A stretch of DNA of 64,000 bases, taken from Candidatus Nomurabacteria bacterium (GTDB lineage Bacteria; Patescibacteriota; Dojkabacteria; SC72; JAHDCA01). Where the stretch lies: NCBI GenBank assembly GCA_020632375.1, contig JACKFR010000003.1, forward strand, positions 1,546 through 65,545, in the 5' to 3' direction. Positions 53,042 through 63,700 of the stretch are shown here, in pieces. The number at the start of each line of letters is the position of its first letter. Position 1 is the first letter of the stretch. The notes under the pieces were generated by a model. That model was not told the DNA's origin and searched no databases. It saw only the letters and a program-made list of their open reading frames with translations. The position numbers were made by a program, and so were the translations under genes.

Positions 53042-55151
53042 CTTGTTCTGTAGCATCTTTTTTCACGGCCTTCATGCTGAGTTTCAGTTTCCCCTCATCA
53101 TCGATACTGAGAAGTTTAACCATCACGGTATCGCCTTCTTTAACAAAGTTTCTAACGTCTTTGACATACTCATCTGACATCTCTGAAACGTGGACGAGAC
53201 CGCTTACGTTTTTAGCTATATCCACAAACGCCCCAAAATCCATTATTTTGACAACTTTACCTTCATAGACTTTTCCTACTTCAGGAATAAACACTGCGTC
53301 ATCAACCATCTTTAAAGCTTTTTGGAGAACTTCTTCGTCTTGAGCAAAGATGTGGACTGTTCCGTCTTGTTCAACATTCAATTCAGCTCCACCAGAATCT
53401 TCAGTAATGCCTTTAATAACCTTTCCACCAGGACCAATGAGGTCTGCGATTTTATCCACTGGAATATGGATAACTTTGACCTTAGGAGCCTTGTCTGAAA
53501 CTGCTGGACGAGGTTGAGCAATAACTTTCTTCATCTCTTGAAGTAACGTCATTCGAGCTGCTTTTGCTTTCTCTAGAGCACCTTTTACAATCTCCATCGG
53601 TAAACCAGGCGTTTTGGTATCCATTTGAATTGCTGTTATCCCTTCTTCAGTTCCGGCAACTTTGAAATCCATAAATCCGTAAAAATCTTCGCCTTCACCC
53701 ATGTCTGTAAGCAGTTTATATTCTGAGTGGTCTTCGTTATAAATCAAGCCTATCGCTATACCTGCTACGTGTTTCTTTAAAGGCACTCCTGCGGCCATCA
53801 TAGACATAGTTGGCGCGGTCGAAGAAGCCATCGAGCTAGACCCGTGTTCTTCCATTATCTCCGAAGTACAGATTATCGTGTATGGAAATTCTTCTTCAGA
53901 TGGAAGCACTGGATAAAATGCTTTTTCAGCTAAAGCGCTGTGACCGATAGCTCTTCTACTTGGCATATAATGAACCCTGCCAATTGGATTACTGTAAACG
54001 TAAGGCGAATCTACATAGTGATGCATAAACCGCCTTTCTTCACTGCCGGTCATATCATCAATCATCTGCTGGTGCCTTAACGACCCTAAAGTGGTTACTG
54101 ATAAAACTTGAGTCATTCCTCTTGTAAACAGTGAAGATCCATGTGTCATGGGTAAGACATCAAGCTCGTAATCTCTTTCTCGAATTTCGTCTAGGCTACG
54201 TTTGCCAATACGTTTATCTTCCTCCATAACCTGCTTTCTCACATACTTTTTAACAACATTCCACCAGGCTTCACCAATAACTCTTTTGGAGTATCGTCCT
54301 TCAAAAGCTGTAGCGAGTTCGTCATTAACAAAATTGTCTTTTTCAAAGTTTGATAGATCCAAATACTCTTGAACTCTCTCACCGAATTTGTGAGTAAGTT
54401 CTTCAACAAGAGTTTCCGGCATAGCGAAGGAAGTATAATCGTAAGATTTTGTGCCGACTTTTTCAGCAAATGTCTTAATCGCCTCCAGCCAGTCTTTCAT
54501 AGCATCGAGACCGAATTGCATACTCTCATAAACTACTTCTTCAGAAAAATCTGCTATTGCACCGTCTATATTAACAACGGTTTCACCATCTCCGCCTAAA
54601 ACTAGATTCATCTTAACTAGTCCATCCATAGAATCATCTCTACTTACAGCTTTATTGAGAACAACGGACTTACCATTTTCGTCAAGCCCAACTCTCACAA
54701 GAGAGGTCGGTTCATTTGCCGGAGCACCCGATATCATTAACGCTGCAGAGACGGCATTGGTAGCCACAATCAGAGGGTCTTGATCTTCATTGTAAGACAA
54801 CACTTTAACTATAACTTGCACCTCGTTTCTATAGTCTTCGGGAAACCGTGGTCGGAATGTGCGGTCAATAATTCGTGCGTTTAAAATAGCATCAGGACTG
54901 GGAAACCCATCTCGCTTTCTGAATCTAGATCCTGAGATCCTTCCTGCAGCGTACATACTTTCAAGATACTCTACTGTGAGCGGGAAGAACTCAGCTTCAG
55001 ATTGAGCTTGTCCAACGTTTACAGTTGCAAGAACTACGGTATCACCCATTTGAGCAAGGACTGCAGATTGGGATTTCCGTGCAACTTTTCCAGAAGAAAA
55101 AGAGCATTTAACTCCGTTTATTTCAAATTGGTGCTTTACTTCTTTAAACAT
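53031..55151 (-). CDS. pnp: polyribonucleotide nucleotidyltransferase (PNPase)
   Basis: Two RNase PH-like domains, KH (IGPGGKVIKGITE) and S1 (GKVVKIMDFGAFVDI...GLVHVSE); 706 aa. Confidence 0.95.
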   Translation of the reverse strand: MFKEVKHQFEINGVKCSFSSGKVARKSQSAVLAQMGDTVVLATVNVGQAQSEAEFFPLTVEYLESMYAAGRISGSRFRKRDGFPSPDAILNARIIDRTFRPRFPEDYRNEVQVIVKVLSYNEDQDPLIVATNAVSAALMISGAPANEPTSLVRVGLDENGKSVVLNKAVSRDDSMDGLVKMNLVLGGDGETVVNIDGAIADFSEEVVYESMQFGLDAMKDWLEAIKTFAEKVGTKSYDYTSFAMPETLVEELTHKFGERVQEYLDLSNFEKDNFVNDELATAFEGRYSKRVIGEAWWNVVKKYVRKQVMEEDKRIGKRSLDEIRERDYELDVLPMTHGSSLFTRGMTQVLSVTTLGSLRHQQMIDDMTGSEERRFMHHYVDSPYVYSNPIGRVHYMPSRRAIGHSALAEKAFYPVLPSEEEFPYTIICTSEIMEEHGSSSMASSTAPTMSMMAAGVPLKKHVAGIAIGLIYNEDHSEYKLLTDMGEGEDFYGFMDFKVAGTEEGITAIQMDTKTPGLPMEIVKGALEKAKAARMTLLQEMKKVIAQPRPAVSDKAPKVKVIHIPVDKIADLIGPGGKVIKGITEDSGGAELNVEQDGTVHIFAQDEEVLQKALKMVDDAVFIPEVGKVYEGKVVKIMDFGAFVDIAKNVSGLVHVSEMSDEYVKDVRNFVKEGDTVMVKLLSIDDEGKLKLSMKAVKKDATEQAKE

Positions 55152-55175
55152 AAATATATAAATGATTTTAAATAA

Positions 55176-55211
55176 CCTCTTCGAGGCTTAAATACTTACA
55201 ATTAAGTATTT
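55176..55211 (-). promoter_or_regulatory. two stem-loops in the rpsO-pnp spacer (candidate attenuator or processing site)
   Basis: Perfect 9-bp inverted repeat AAATACTTA-caat-TAAGTATTT (55190..55211) and CCTC-ttc-GAGG (55176..55186). On the mRNA strand the second is followed by a T-rich run. Confidence 0.35.
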
Positions 55212-55231
55212 GGTGAAGTTATTTGGGGAGG

Positions 55232-55495
55232 CTAAAGTCCCAGACTTTTCGCAAGTTTATTATATCTTTCTTCGTCTACTCTCTTCAAGTAATCGATTAA
55301 TCTTCTTCTTTTACCTACCATTTTAAGCAGACCTACCCGAGAATGATTATCTTTTTTATGAGATTTAAGATGTTCGGTGAGTTTCTGGATGCCTGCCGTT
55401 AACAAAGCAATCTGAACTTCAGGCGAGCCAGTGTCACCTTCTGATTGCGCATATTTGTCTATAATTTTCTTTTTTTCTTCTTGCGTAAGAGACAT
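55232..55495 (-). CDS. rpsO: 30S ribosomal protein S15
   Basis: [14 protein letters not shown] and [28 protein letters not shown]. Confidence 0.95.
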   Translation of the reverse strand: MSLTQEEKKKIIDKYAQSEGDTGSPEVQIALLTAGIQKLTEHLKSHKKDNHSRVGLLKMVGKRRRLIDYLKRVDEERYNKLAKSLGL

Positions 55496-55621
55496 AGGTG
55501 TATAAACATAACATAAAGATATTAATACAACAACAAAACCATAGTTTCTGCTAACTAAACATGTCTTGTCTTATGCACTTTAGACCTGCCCTTTTTACTA
55601 TAATCAAGGGATTTTGTCAAG

Positions 55622-56770
55622 CTATGCATCACTAGATTTGAAATTTGTCGACTTCCCGGTTATCTCGAGACCGTACATATCCTGAAGCACAAGGAAGAAT
55701 CTTTCCTCAAAATCTTTAAACGGCATGTCTTCAATTCTGAATTCTGCGCGGTGCTTATTTCCATCACCATTAAAAACTTTTGCAATCTCACCTGCGTCAA
55801 ATTTTGCAGGATTATTAGATTCAACAATTACCTTCATAACATCTTTTCCAACTTCATAAGCAGCAAAACAGAGGTCAAAATCTTTAGAAATATTAAAAGT
55901 TATTCGCCCAGAAGTATCAACATTCCCCTCTTTTATTCTACTGAATTGTATCTCTTGATTGCTTACAGCGGCCCAACTTACCCTTGATTTCTTATCAACT
56001 TTAACTTTATGCATTAATTTAATCTGTAAATCGAAGTTTGCATAATCTTTACTAAAAAATCTCTGATTAATTACATCTTGAATATCGACACCTGATAATG
56101 CAAGGCTAAGCAATCCGTTAAGAGCGGCTTCATCCCAAACTCCTTCTTTTAAGTCGATTTGAGAAAGGGCGAGATTGGAATAAATCTGATTCACAGCTTT
56201 AATAGAATCTGCACCAAAAATGCGATATGTACCTGCCAGCAAATTCTCATTCTTTTCAAGCATTATAAAAACGTCTCCGAGTTGTTTATGACCGATAGCT
56301 AGTGTCCTTTTCTTAAAGGTTTCGAGATTCTTGTCGTATAATGACTTCAAGTCTTTAAGACTTCTTAAACCAAGAAGAACAATCAGGTCATAATTATTTC
56401 CTTGTACAGAGTATTCAATATTGTCGAAATCAAACTTTCCTGAAGAAGGTGTTATGAAAAACTTGAGCTTACCTGTATTTTCATCAGAATCATAAGCGAT
56501 TCTGTCGATTCCAGCCTTGCCATAATCAATTGCAACAACATAGCTTGATGGCTTGATCTCTGAAGAGTATTTGACCCCATGGGTCTTGAAAAGCTCTTTT
56601 AGATGCTTGTCTAAAGAAGAGTCTTCAAGGATAATATCTGCATCTTTTTTGAGTGCTTTCAAGATTTTTGCGACAAGAATAACACCACTTACGTCGTCAA
56701 CGGTTGATGGGCTAGCGCATACTAGTATTTTTGAGCTTTTTTGAAGCTCAGTGTTTAATGATTTCTTCAT
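55622..56770 (-). CDS. DHH/DHHA1-like (NrnA/CnpB-like) protein with degenerate catalytic motifs
   Basis: Layout and position (between infB and rpsO, as nrnA/cnpB sits in some bacteria) fit NrnA. However, the expected H..PD.D reads CASPSTVDD, and DHH reads IGHKQ. Confidence 0.45.
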   Translation of the reverse strand: MKKSLNTELQKSSKILVCASPSTVDDVSGVILVAKILKALKKDADIILEDSSLDKHLKELFKTHGVKYSSEIKPSSYVVAIDYGKAGIDRIAYDSDENTGKLKFFITPSSGKFDFDNIEYSVQGNNYDLIVLLGLRSLKDLKSLYDKNLETFKKRTLAIGHKQLGDVFIMLEKNENLLAGTYRIFGADSIKAVNQIYSNLALSQIDLKEGVWDEAALNGLLSLALSGVDIQDVINQRFFSKDYANFDLQIKLMHKVKVDKKSRVSWAAVSNQEIQFSRIKEGNVDTSGRITFNISKDFDLCFAAYEVGKDVMKVIVESNNPAKFDAGEIAKVFNGDGNKHRAEFRIEDMPFKDFEERFFLVLQDMYGLEITGKSTNFKSSDA

Positions 56771-56879
56771 GGCTAATAGATATCCTATATAGTTTTATTA
56801 TACACTATACGTATAGGTCACTACAATTGGGCTTGGATTCTTATAAAAAGATGGTACTTTTAGCGATGACCCAGGCCGA

Positions 56880-57398
56880 TTGAATCGCATAGTTGCGGGT
56901 CTTTACGATTCTTCTCATGATGGTCGTTATGCGCATCCAAATACCACTTCTTGTAATAACGTAACCAAAGCGGCTGTGAAATCTCTCCCTGAAGGTGCCC
57001 TTAGGACTGTGGAAACTGATGCAGGACTTTTTTTAAGCAGCATAGCCTCACTTTATGGCAGTTATCCCGTCAGCTACGTATTCACTCCAGCGGGGGTCTT
57101 TGAAATCGCATTCCCATCTAATAAAAGCCCATCAGACATTGACCAGATCGGAATTAATTGGCAGGGTTTCGTAAGTGCTCTGTCCACGAGTCTTAGCGGA
57201 TGGTCTGGGGATAGAGCGGCACCTCATATGGATATTCCCTTCGATGACGGCACTGTCTCTAAAGACTGCCTTGTGACGGTCCTACCTATCAATCGAGAAA
57301 CAATGAGAATAATCGATGGACAATGTAAAAAAGCACTTGAAAGAAGGGCTCCTGCTATTAATGAAGAAGCAGCTATGGAGCTCTTTAAATTTGATTAA
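56880..57398 (+). CDS. hypothetical protein (ORFan, TTG start uncertain, G+C-richer)
   Basis: 172-codon open frame on the strand opposite to its neighbours. A hand-counted sample (57141..57240) has 51 G+C. There is no ATG in the open frame upstream. Confidence 0.45.
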   Translation: MNRIVAGLYDSSHDGRYAHPNTTSCNNVTKAAVKSLPEGALRTVETDAGLFLSSIASLYGSYPVSYVFTPAGVFEIAFPSNKSPSDIDQIGINWQGFVSALSTSLSGWSGDRAAPHMDIPFDDGTVSKDCLVTVLPINRETMRIIDGQCKKALERRAPAINEEAAMELFKFD

Positions 57399-57409
57399 TC
57401 TATCAAGCC

Positions 57410-59014
57410 CTAAAGCTTCGTTACCTTAAAGCAGTGAAGAAAATCGCCTTCTTGTACTATATCCGGAGTAGGTTCAACGATTGCGCCGAATTCGGTACCT
57501 TTAAGAGCTTCATTAATCTGGCGTTTATTTTCACGTAGAGAAGTTATTCTGCCCTCAGCAATAATATCGTCGTCTCTGACTATATAGCATTTCTCACCTC
57601 TTTTAATTTTTCCATCTGCGACACGCCCGCCTAAAACTTTCGATCCGTCACTTAGAACAAAAATTTGCATCAGCTTTGCTGAACCGAGATCTTCTTCTGC
57701 TTCTTCAGGTGCAGCAAGAGCAGTAAGAGCATCATTAACTTCATCGATTAGCTTGTAAATTATGTCATAAGTCCTTACAAGAACACGTTTGCGGTCCATA
57801 TCTGATTTCGCAGTTGGGTCGACTTCAACTTCAAAGCCGAGGATTATTGCCTTAGTCACAGCTGCAGACTCTATGTCTTTATGAGTAATATTGCCTACTT
57901 CGGTAGAAATGAAGTTGACTTTAAAGCCATCGACTTCTAATTTTTCAAGTGAGGATTTTATCGCCTCAAGTGCACCTTCAGAAGAGGCTTTTAAGATAAC
58001 GTTCAAATTGCCACCTTCCAAATCTTCTTTTGAACCAGACCCGAAGATTGCTGACAATAGAGCTGCATTTTGATCTTCTTCAGAATCTTCAGCTGTTTCT
58101 TTTTCGACTGCATCTTCTACTGGAATTTCTTTTTTCGCAGCATTCTCTGGAAGCAATATCTCTTCTACTAGTTTAAGATTTTTACTCTCAAGAGATATTA
58201 TTTCAGTGCCTAAAGGAGCCATCCCTGAGATCCCAAGAACTTCACCACCAGTACCACTTACGAACGGCTCATTAATATTCATAGAATCAGAAATAAGCCC
58301 TTTGATCCTATCTAATACTACTTTGTTGCCGCTAACATAGGCAACCCAATCACCAATCGACATCTCGCCCTGAGTCATAACAATACTTGTCAGAAAGCCT
58401 TTTGAGTTATCTTTAACTGATTCAAGTACATATGCACGTCCTTTAACTCCGTTAGCCAACTTTCCGTGATCGACCAGGCCTTCAACTTCTGCGGTAGCTG
58501 AAATCGTTTCAAGAAGAGTATCAATTCCTTTGCCAGTTTTTGCAGAGACTTCTACTACTGGAATCTTTCCACCCATTCCTTCAACAGAAATCCCTGCAGC
58601 TGCAAGGTCTCTTTTAACTTTTGGAATGTCGATATTTGGCAAATCTATCTTATTTATAACAACAATTGGCTTTGCCTCAGCTGCGTTAATAATCTCAATA
58701 GATTCTTTTGTTTGAGGTTTAATTCCATCATCAGCAGCGACAACCAGTAGGACTATGTCTGCGATGCTACCACCTCTTGATCTCATTAAGTCAAATGACT
58801 CATGCCCAGGAGTATCTACAAAAGTGATTTCAGGGATAAGATCTTTTTTATCGGCAAGCTGAACTGAAAATACTGAAACTCCCTGTGTTATACCTCCTGC
58901 TTCTTTAGACTGGACATTTGTATTTCTGATCCTGTCTAAAATGCTAGTTTTACCATGATCTACATGGCCGAGAATTGTTACTATTGGTGTCCTATCTTCT
59001 TTTTTAGAAGGCAT
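57410..59014 (-). CDS. infB: translation initiation factor IF-2 (short form, starts at G domain)
   Basis: [26 protein letters not shown] and NKIDLP; 534 aa with no long N-terminal region. Confidence 0.93.
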   Translation of the reverse strand: MPSKKEDRTPIVTILGHVDHGKTSILDRIRNTNVQSKEAGGITQGVSVFSVQLADKKDLIPEITFVDTPGHESFDLMRSRGGSIADIVLLVVAADDGIKPQTKESIEIINAAEAKPIVVINKIDLPNIDIPKVKRDLAAAGISVEGMGGKIPVVEVSAKTGKGIDTLLETISATAEVEGLVDHGKLANGVKGRAYVLESVKDNSKGFLTSIVMTQGEMSIGDWVAYVSGNKVVLDRIKGLISDSMNINEPFVSGTGGEVLGISGMAPLGTEIISLESKNLKLVEEILLPENAAKKEIPVEDAVEKETAEDSEEDQNAALLSAIFGSGSKEDLEGGNLNVILKASSEGALEAIKSSLEKLEVDGFKVNFISTEVGNITHKDIESAAVTKAIILGFEVEVDPTAKSDMDRKRVLVRTYDIIYKLIDEVNDALTALAAPEEAEEDLGSAKLMQIFVLSDGSKVLGGRVADGKIKRGEKCYIVRDDDIIAEGRITSLRENKRQINEALKGTEFGAIVEPTPDIVQEGDFLHCFKVTKL

Positions 59015-59020
59015 ACCTAA

Positions 59021-59380
59021 TTATTCAAATTTAACTTTATTACCTTTTACCCTGATTGTTATATTCTTCTGCTCGCCCCTCAGAGCTCTTTTCTCTAAAT
59101 ATTTTTCAAATTCTTCAATCAGAAGGCTTTTTGTATTATTGTCTATTTTGACTTTTAAAGAGTTTTCCAATATCCCTTTATCAAGAGCATCAACCAAAAC
59201 AGTTCTATCAAGACTCAAATTTGCACCTCTTCCACGGATCTTTCCTGTTTGATCGATAACTACTCTTCCAACATCTGGGTCAAAAACAAGCCTGGCAAGC
59301 TCATTCTTTGACTTCTTTTCTCTTGTTACGATACATGTCCTCATCGGCACATGTCTGGTTACTTTTCTAGATGTGGCCAT
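59021..59380 (-). CDS. ylxR: YlxR/RnpM (DUF448) family RNA-binding protein
   Basis: PMRTCIVTREKKSKNELARLV matches the YlxR RxCxxCR-like N-terminus. Located between nusA and infB. Confidence 0.8.
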   Translation of the reverse strand: MATSRKVTRHVPMRTCIVTREKKSKNELARLVFDPDVGRVVIDQTGKIRGRGANLSLDRTVLVDALDKGILENSLKVKIDNNTKSLLIEEFEKYLEKRALRGEQKNITIRVKGNKVKFE

Positions 59381-59413
59381 ATTTATACTAAATTTTAGAC
59401 TAGATTTTAAGGT

Positions 59414-60673
59414 CTAGCTATTTGAGCTCAAAGCTTCTCTTATTTTCTCGGCAGTTACTTTCCCAATACCATCTAGTTCTATGAGCTGCTCCAGTGTCAT
59501 GTTGGAGGCATCTTCTTCAGAGATCCCAGCTTTTTTGAGCTTATTAGCAAGTGTTGTCGAAAGTTTAGCGTCTGTCGCGGCTACCTCATTTTCTTGCTCA
59601 TCACTCGAACTATCAGAGTCGTCTTCTGGTTGTGCCTGTGCTTGAGGACCATTCGGCCCCTGGATATCTATACGCAAACTGGTCAGCTTTGCAGCAAGCC
59701 TTGCATTTTGCCCTTCGCGACCGATAGCAAGAGAAAGTTGATCCTCTTCGACTTTAACAACTGCGATGTCTCCTTCGATATCGACCGATATAACCTGGGC
59801 TGGACTTAAAGCCTTTTCTACGAACTCTTCAAGATCTTCCCTCCATTCAATGATATCAATTTTTTCTTCACCTAGTTCAGACATAACATTTGCGATTCTC
59901 GCACCTCGCTGTCCAACACATGCGCCTATTGGGTCAACACCTTCTTGATGCGACACAACAGCCATTTTACTTCTCAAACCTGCTTCGCGTGCACATGCTT
60001 TTACCTCAACGACACCTGATTCGATTTCTGGAACTTCCATTCTAAAAAGTGCTTCTAGAAACTCTGGACAACTTCGCGAGACAATGAGAGTCTTTCCTCT
60101 CGGAGTATCTTCAATACCTTTCAGGTAAACCTTGTACCTATCACCAATTCTGTAGAACTCATTATGTACCTGCTCGATTTGCGGCATTACAGCCATTGCT
60201 TTCCCAATTTCAAAAATTGCACTTCCACCCTGCATTCGATGCATCATAGCGGTAAAGACTTCGCCGATTTTATCACTGAACTCTTCTAAAATAGCCTCTT
60301 TCTCTGCTTCACGAATCTTTTGCATAATAACTTGCTTTGCTGTCTGCGAAGCGATTCGCCCGAAATCCTCGATTTGTTGTTCTATCTCGATAGTATCACC
60401 AACTTCTAAGCCTTCCTGGATGTTTTGGGCTTCTTTTAAAGAAATCTGAATATCTTCGTCAGTAACTTTATCGACTACAACTTTTTTAACAATAATCCTG
60501 AACGCACCGTTCTCTGCGTCGAGCTCGACATCAATATCTGCATTATCTGCATACTCTTTACGATACGCTGCGGCGACAGCTGCTTCTAACGCTTCAAGAA
60601 TTTTTTCTTGGTCGAGTCCTCTTTCCGCTGCAAGTTGATTTATCGCTGCAAGCATCTCTGATACCATTGCCAT
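59414..60673 (-). CDS. nusA: transcription termination/antitermination factor NusA
   Basis: S1 and two KH domains (GACVGQRGARIANVMSELGEEKIDI; AIGREGQNARLAAKLT) and a C-terminal HhH-like segment. Confidence 0.95.
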   Translation of the reverse strand: MAMVSEMLAAINQLAAERGLDQEKILEALEAAVAAAYRKEYADNADIDVELDAENGAFRIIVKKVVVDKVTDEDIQISLKEAQNIQEGLEVGDTIEIEQQIEDFGRIASQTAKQVIMQKIREAEKEAILEEFSDKIGEVFTAMMHRMQGGSAIFEIGKAMAVMPQIEQVHNEFYRIGDRYKVYLKGIEDTPRGKTLIVSRSCPEFLEALFRMEVPEIESGVVEVKACAREAGLRSKMAVVSHQEGVDPIGACVGQRGARIANVMSELGEEKIDIIEWREDLEEFVEKALSPAQVISVDIEGDIAVVKVEEDQLSLAIGREGQNARLAAKLTSLRIDIQGPNGPQAQAQPEDDSDSSSDEQENEVAATDAKLSTTLANKLKKAGISEEDASNMTLEQLIELDGIGKVTAEKIREALSSNS

Positions 60674-60711
60674 TTAGGTGTTATTACAAAATTTATAAAC
60701 TCAGGAATTTA

Positions 60712-60742
60712 TAAAAAAAAAGGTGAGTTTACTAACCCACCT
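60712..60742 (-). terminator. Rho-independent terminator after giant protein C gene
   Basis: The minus strand reads AAGGTGGGTT-AGTA-AACTCACCTT, a 10-bp stem with one G.U pair, running into TTTTTTTAT. Confidence 0.8.
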
Positions 60743-60774
60743 TCCCCTTATAACTTCGAGGTAATTCTATCACA

Positions 60775-63700
60775 CTACTTTGACGGAGTCCAATACCCAA
60801 TACCTTTTTCGATATATACAAATATACCACTATCAGAGGAGATATCCACATTGGATCCAAAACTTTGCCCTTTATTGTTTGTCGCATAAGTAGTAAATTT
60901 GCCTTTTTCAGGATCCCATACCGCAACTGAGGTTGCGCTTAAGCCCGAAACTTCATTAATAGCTTTAAGAAGTTCTTGGGTCGTATAAGATTTATCTGAT
61001 CCTTTGATAGCAATGAGATTCCAGCCCTGTTTCAAGTACGCCTGTACTGGAGCTTTATAAGGATCTCCGCGCATCTGAAGCTTAACTGCTTTATTGGCGA
61101 CAATATATAATGCATCACCAGGTGCAATATTAAAGCTGTCTGAATAAGCCTGATTTCCACGAATGTTATATGTATTCCATCCTGGCTGAGAACCGACATT
61201 CTTATAGGTGGCAATTGCGGTTGCCGAGCCGCCTTGAGCAAAAATCTCATCTGCAAGTTCGACCGCACGATCGAAATCTTCTGTATAAAGCGGCATTGAT
61301 AAAATATTTAGACCTGGTTTAAGTTCAAGTTCCATAACATCTCCAACTTTTGTAACTTTGATATCAGCAGAACTAGGAGTATATATGTCACCACTGTCAT
61401 ATTCCCCATTCCCATTGATATCTTGATAAACAGGAATATATGCAGGAGAGTCGGAGAAATTAGATACAGTGCTCTCGTTGAATAGAAAGTCCTCAGAGCT
61501 AATTCTATATTCTCCCCTTTCCGGGAGAAGAAGTGTATTCTCAGACGAGCCGGTAATTTGGGACCCAAGAACGTCTTTGCTAATTGCATGTCCAAACCTT
61601 TGTCCAGAACAATTACCAACGGAATCACCATATTCATTTGTGTGACAAGGGATATTATTGAAATCTCCATCCCAAGTAGGGTCACAGAAAAATGCCATAC
61701 AGTAAGCACCGAGATCTCCATCCATTGCAGGAATCTGAGCACACTTAACAGCTTTATCACTACATAAACCCGATGTATCTCCGTTATTTGTGAGTACACA
61801 CAAACCTTCAAAATATGCCGTAGGAGATCCACACAACAGTTCCGCTATATTCTCATTTGAGGGGAAACTATACCAACATGCATTGCTTGCGGCTAGATTC
61901 CCTTTTATATCAATCTCACGACATTGCGGTTCGCTATCATTTCCTCCATTAAACTCTCCAGTTTCTTTCTCCCCACTGTCTTCTGTCGCAGACCTTGCCG
62001 CATCTCCAATTGCAAGTACTCCATTTAAATACAACCTGGCATCATCCCAATATACATCAGAATTCCTATAAGGATACTGATTGTTTGTTGCAATAAACAC
62101 TGTTACGAGTTGAGAGTCAGTTTTAAGTTCAACTGAAAAATCAATAAATGATGCTCCATCACCTGGCCCGACGTTTGGAAGAAGCTTCCAGTCAGTCCAT
62201 TTGACAGTTGGAGCATTGTATAAACGCCCTCCTTCAGGATCTATTCCAATGCGCCCCTTAAAAGTATTAATTATCGGAGGATCATTCTCTTCTCGTGGAC
62301 CGTCTGACCACGAAGAGCCTTTAACCTCAAATTTTATTTTATTTGAACCTCCCTGACCAAGGTCTATCTGCTGGTATAGACCTGCATGCTGTGTACCAAA
62401 TGAAGTAAACCATTGGGCAGAAGCACTCCCTTGTGTTATACGATTACCAAATCCGCTTGACTGTTTATACTCGGGGCGGCGGCAATACTCCGCCGTGTTG
62501 CTACAAGCGTATTCTCCACAGCTTCCAGAGCCACAACCATTCTGATACCAGACATGCCAGAATTTAGGCACATGTAGTTCTGAAGCTCCGTCAGCTACAA
62601 ATTCTCCCTCGAAATTACCTCCAAGCAAACCGCCCTTGGCAACTTCGTATGTCTGGTATCCAGTGCCTGTGCAGATGTTTCCAAGACAGGGATCTGTCCC
62701 TGTAAGCCCAGTCGCCCCGCCCGAACTACCGCCACTAGAAGCATTCACCCCATTTATTCCAATCGGTCCTGAATACGGCTTGCCGGCAGCCGTAGGTTTG
62801 TAACCACTCAATTCAACCTGCACATCAACTGCGCCTTCTTGAGGAATTGTGAAACTACCAACTCCACAACCCGATAACAGACTCATAATCAGATTATGAT
62901 CGTTCCATAAAGCTTGATGGTAGGCAAATGCGCCATCTTTATTTGCTCCAAGACTGTCAAACAAAAGTACGCCGACAATACTCTGATTCGAGTCTAATTG
63001 GGAGATTGTATTGGCTAAAACAGACCAATCATGAGAAGGACCACTGGGTCCATAATTTCCAAGCTCTGTCACAAAAACCCGCCGGCCAAGATTTCTAGAA
63101 GATAGGAATTCGGCAAAAGAATTCACGTCTTCTACAACATTGTTATCGCCTCTTTCATATAGATAATCATTTACGGCCCATGCCCAGATGCCTTCAGCGG
63201 CAGAAGAGAAACCTGAATCTTGAAGCATCAGGTCAATATAACTTTGTGCTGAGTATATAGGATGGGGATTAGGATCGTCACAATCGCTGCATCCTGGCCA
63301 TTGTCCATCTGCATTGCGATAAAGATCTAAATTAGGACCTAATAGCTTTATTCCTATATCATCTGGATTTTGAGAAAGAAGGCCAGCTTCGGAAACCTTT
63401 TTGACTACTTGGGCGATAAAATTTGCTTCTTGGGTAGGATCGCGATACTCGGCATTGTTTGGCTCATTGTGACCAGCGTGAATAAAAAGGCCATGCTGAG
63501 GAAGCTGCCCAGAGTTTTTTAGTTCGTTGTAAACGCTTATGACTGCATCAGCGTAAGAGTTTCCATCTTCAATTCCGCAATTATTCTTATAGCAAATCCT
63601 TAGAATAAGATCCAGACCGAGATTTCGAGCGTTTACAACGCTTTTCTTATATTCTGAAATTTGATTAGCATCTACTGCTAATGCCTCTCCCCATCTCATC

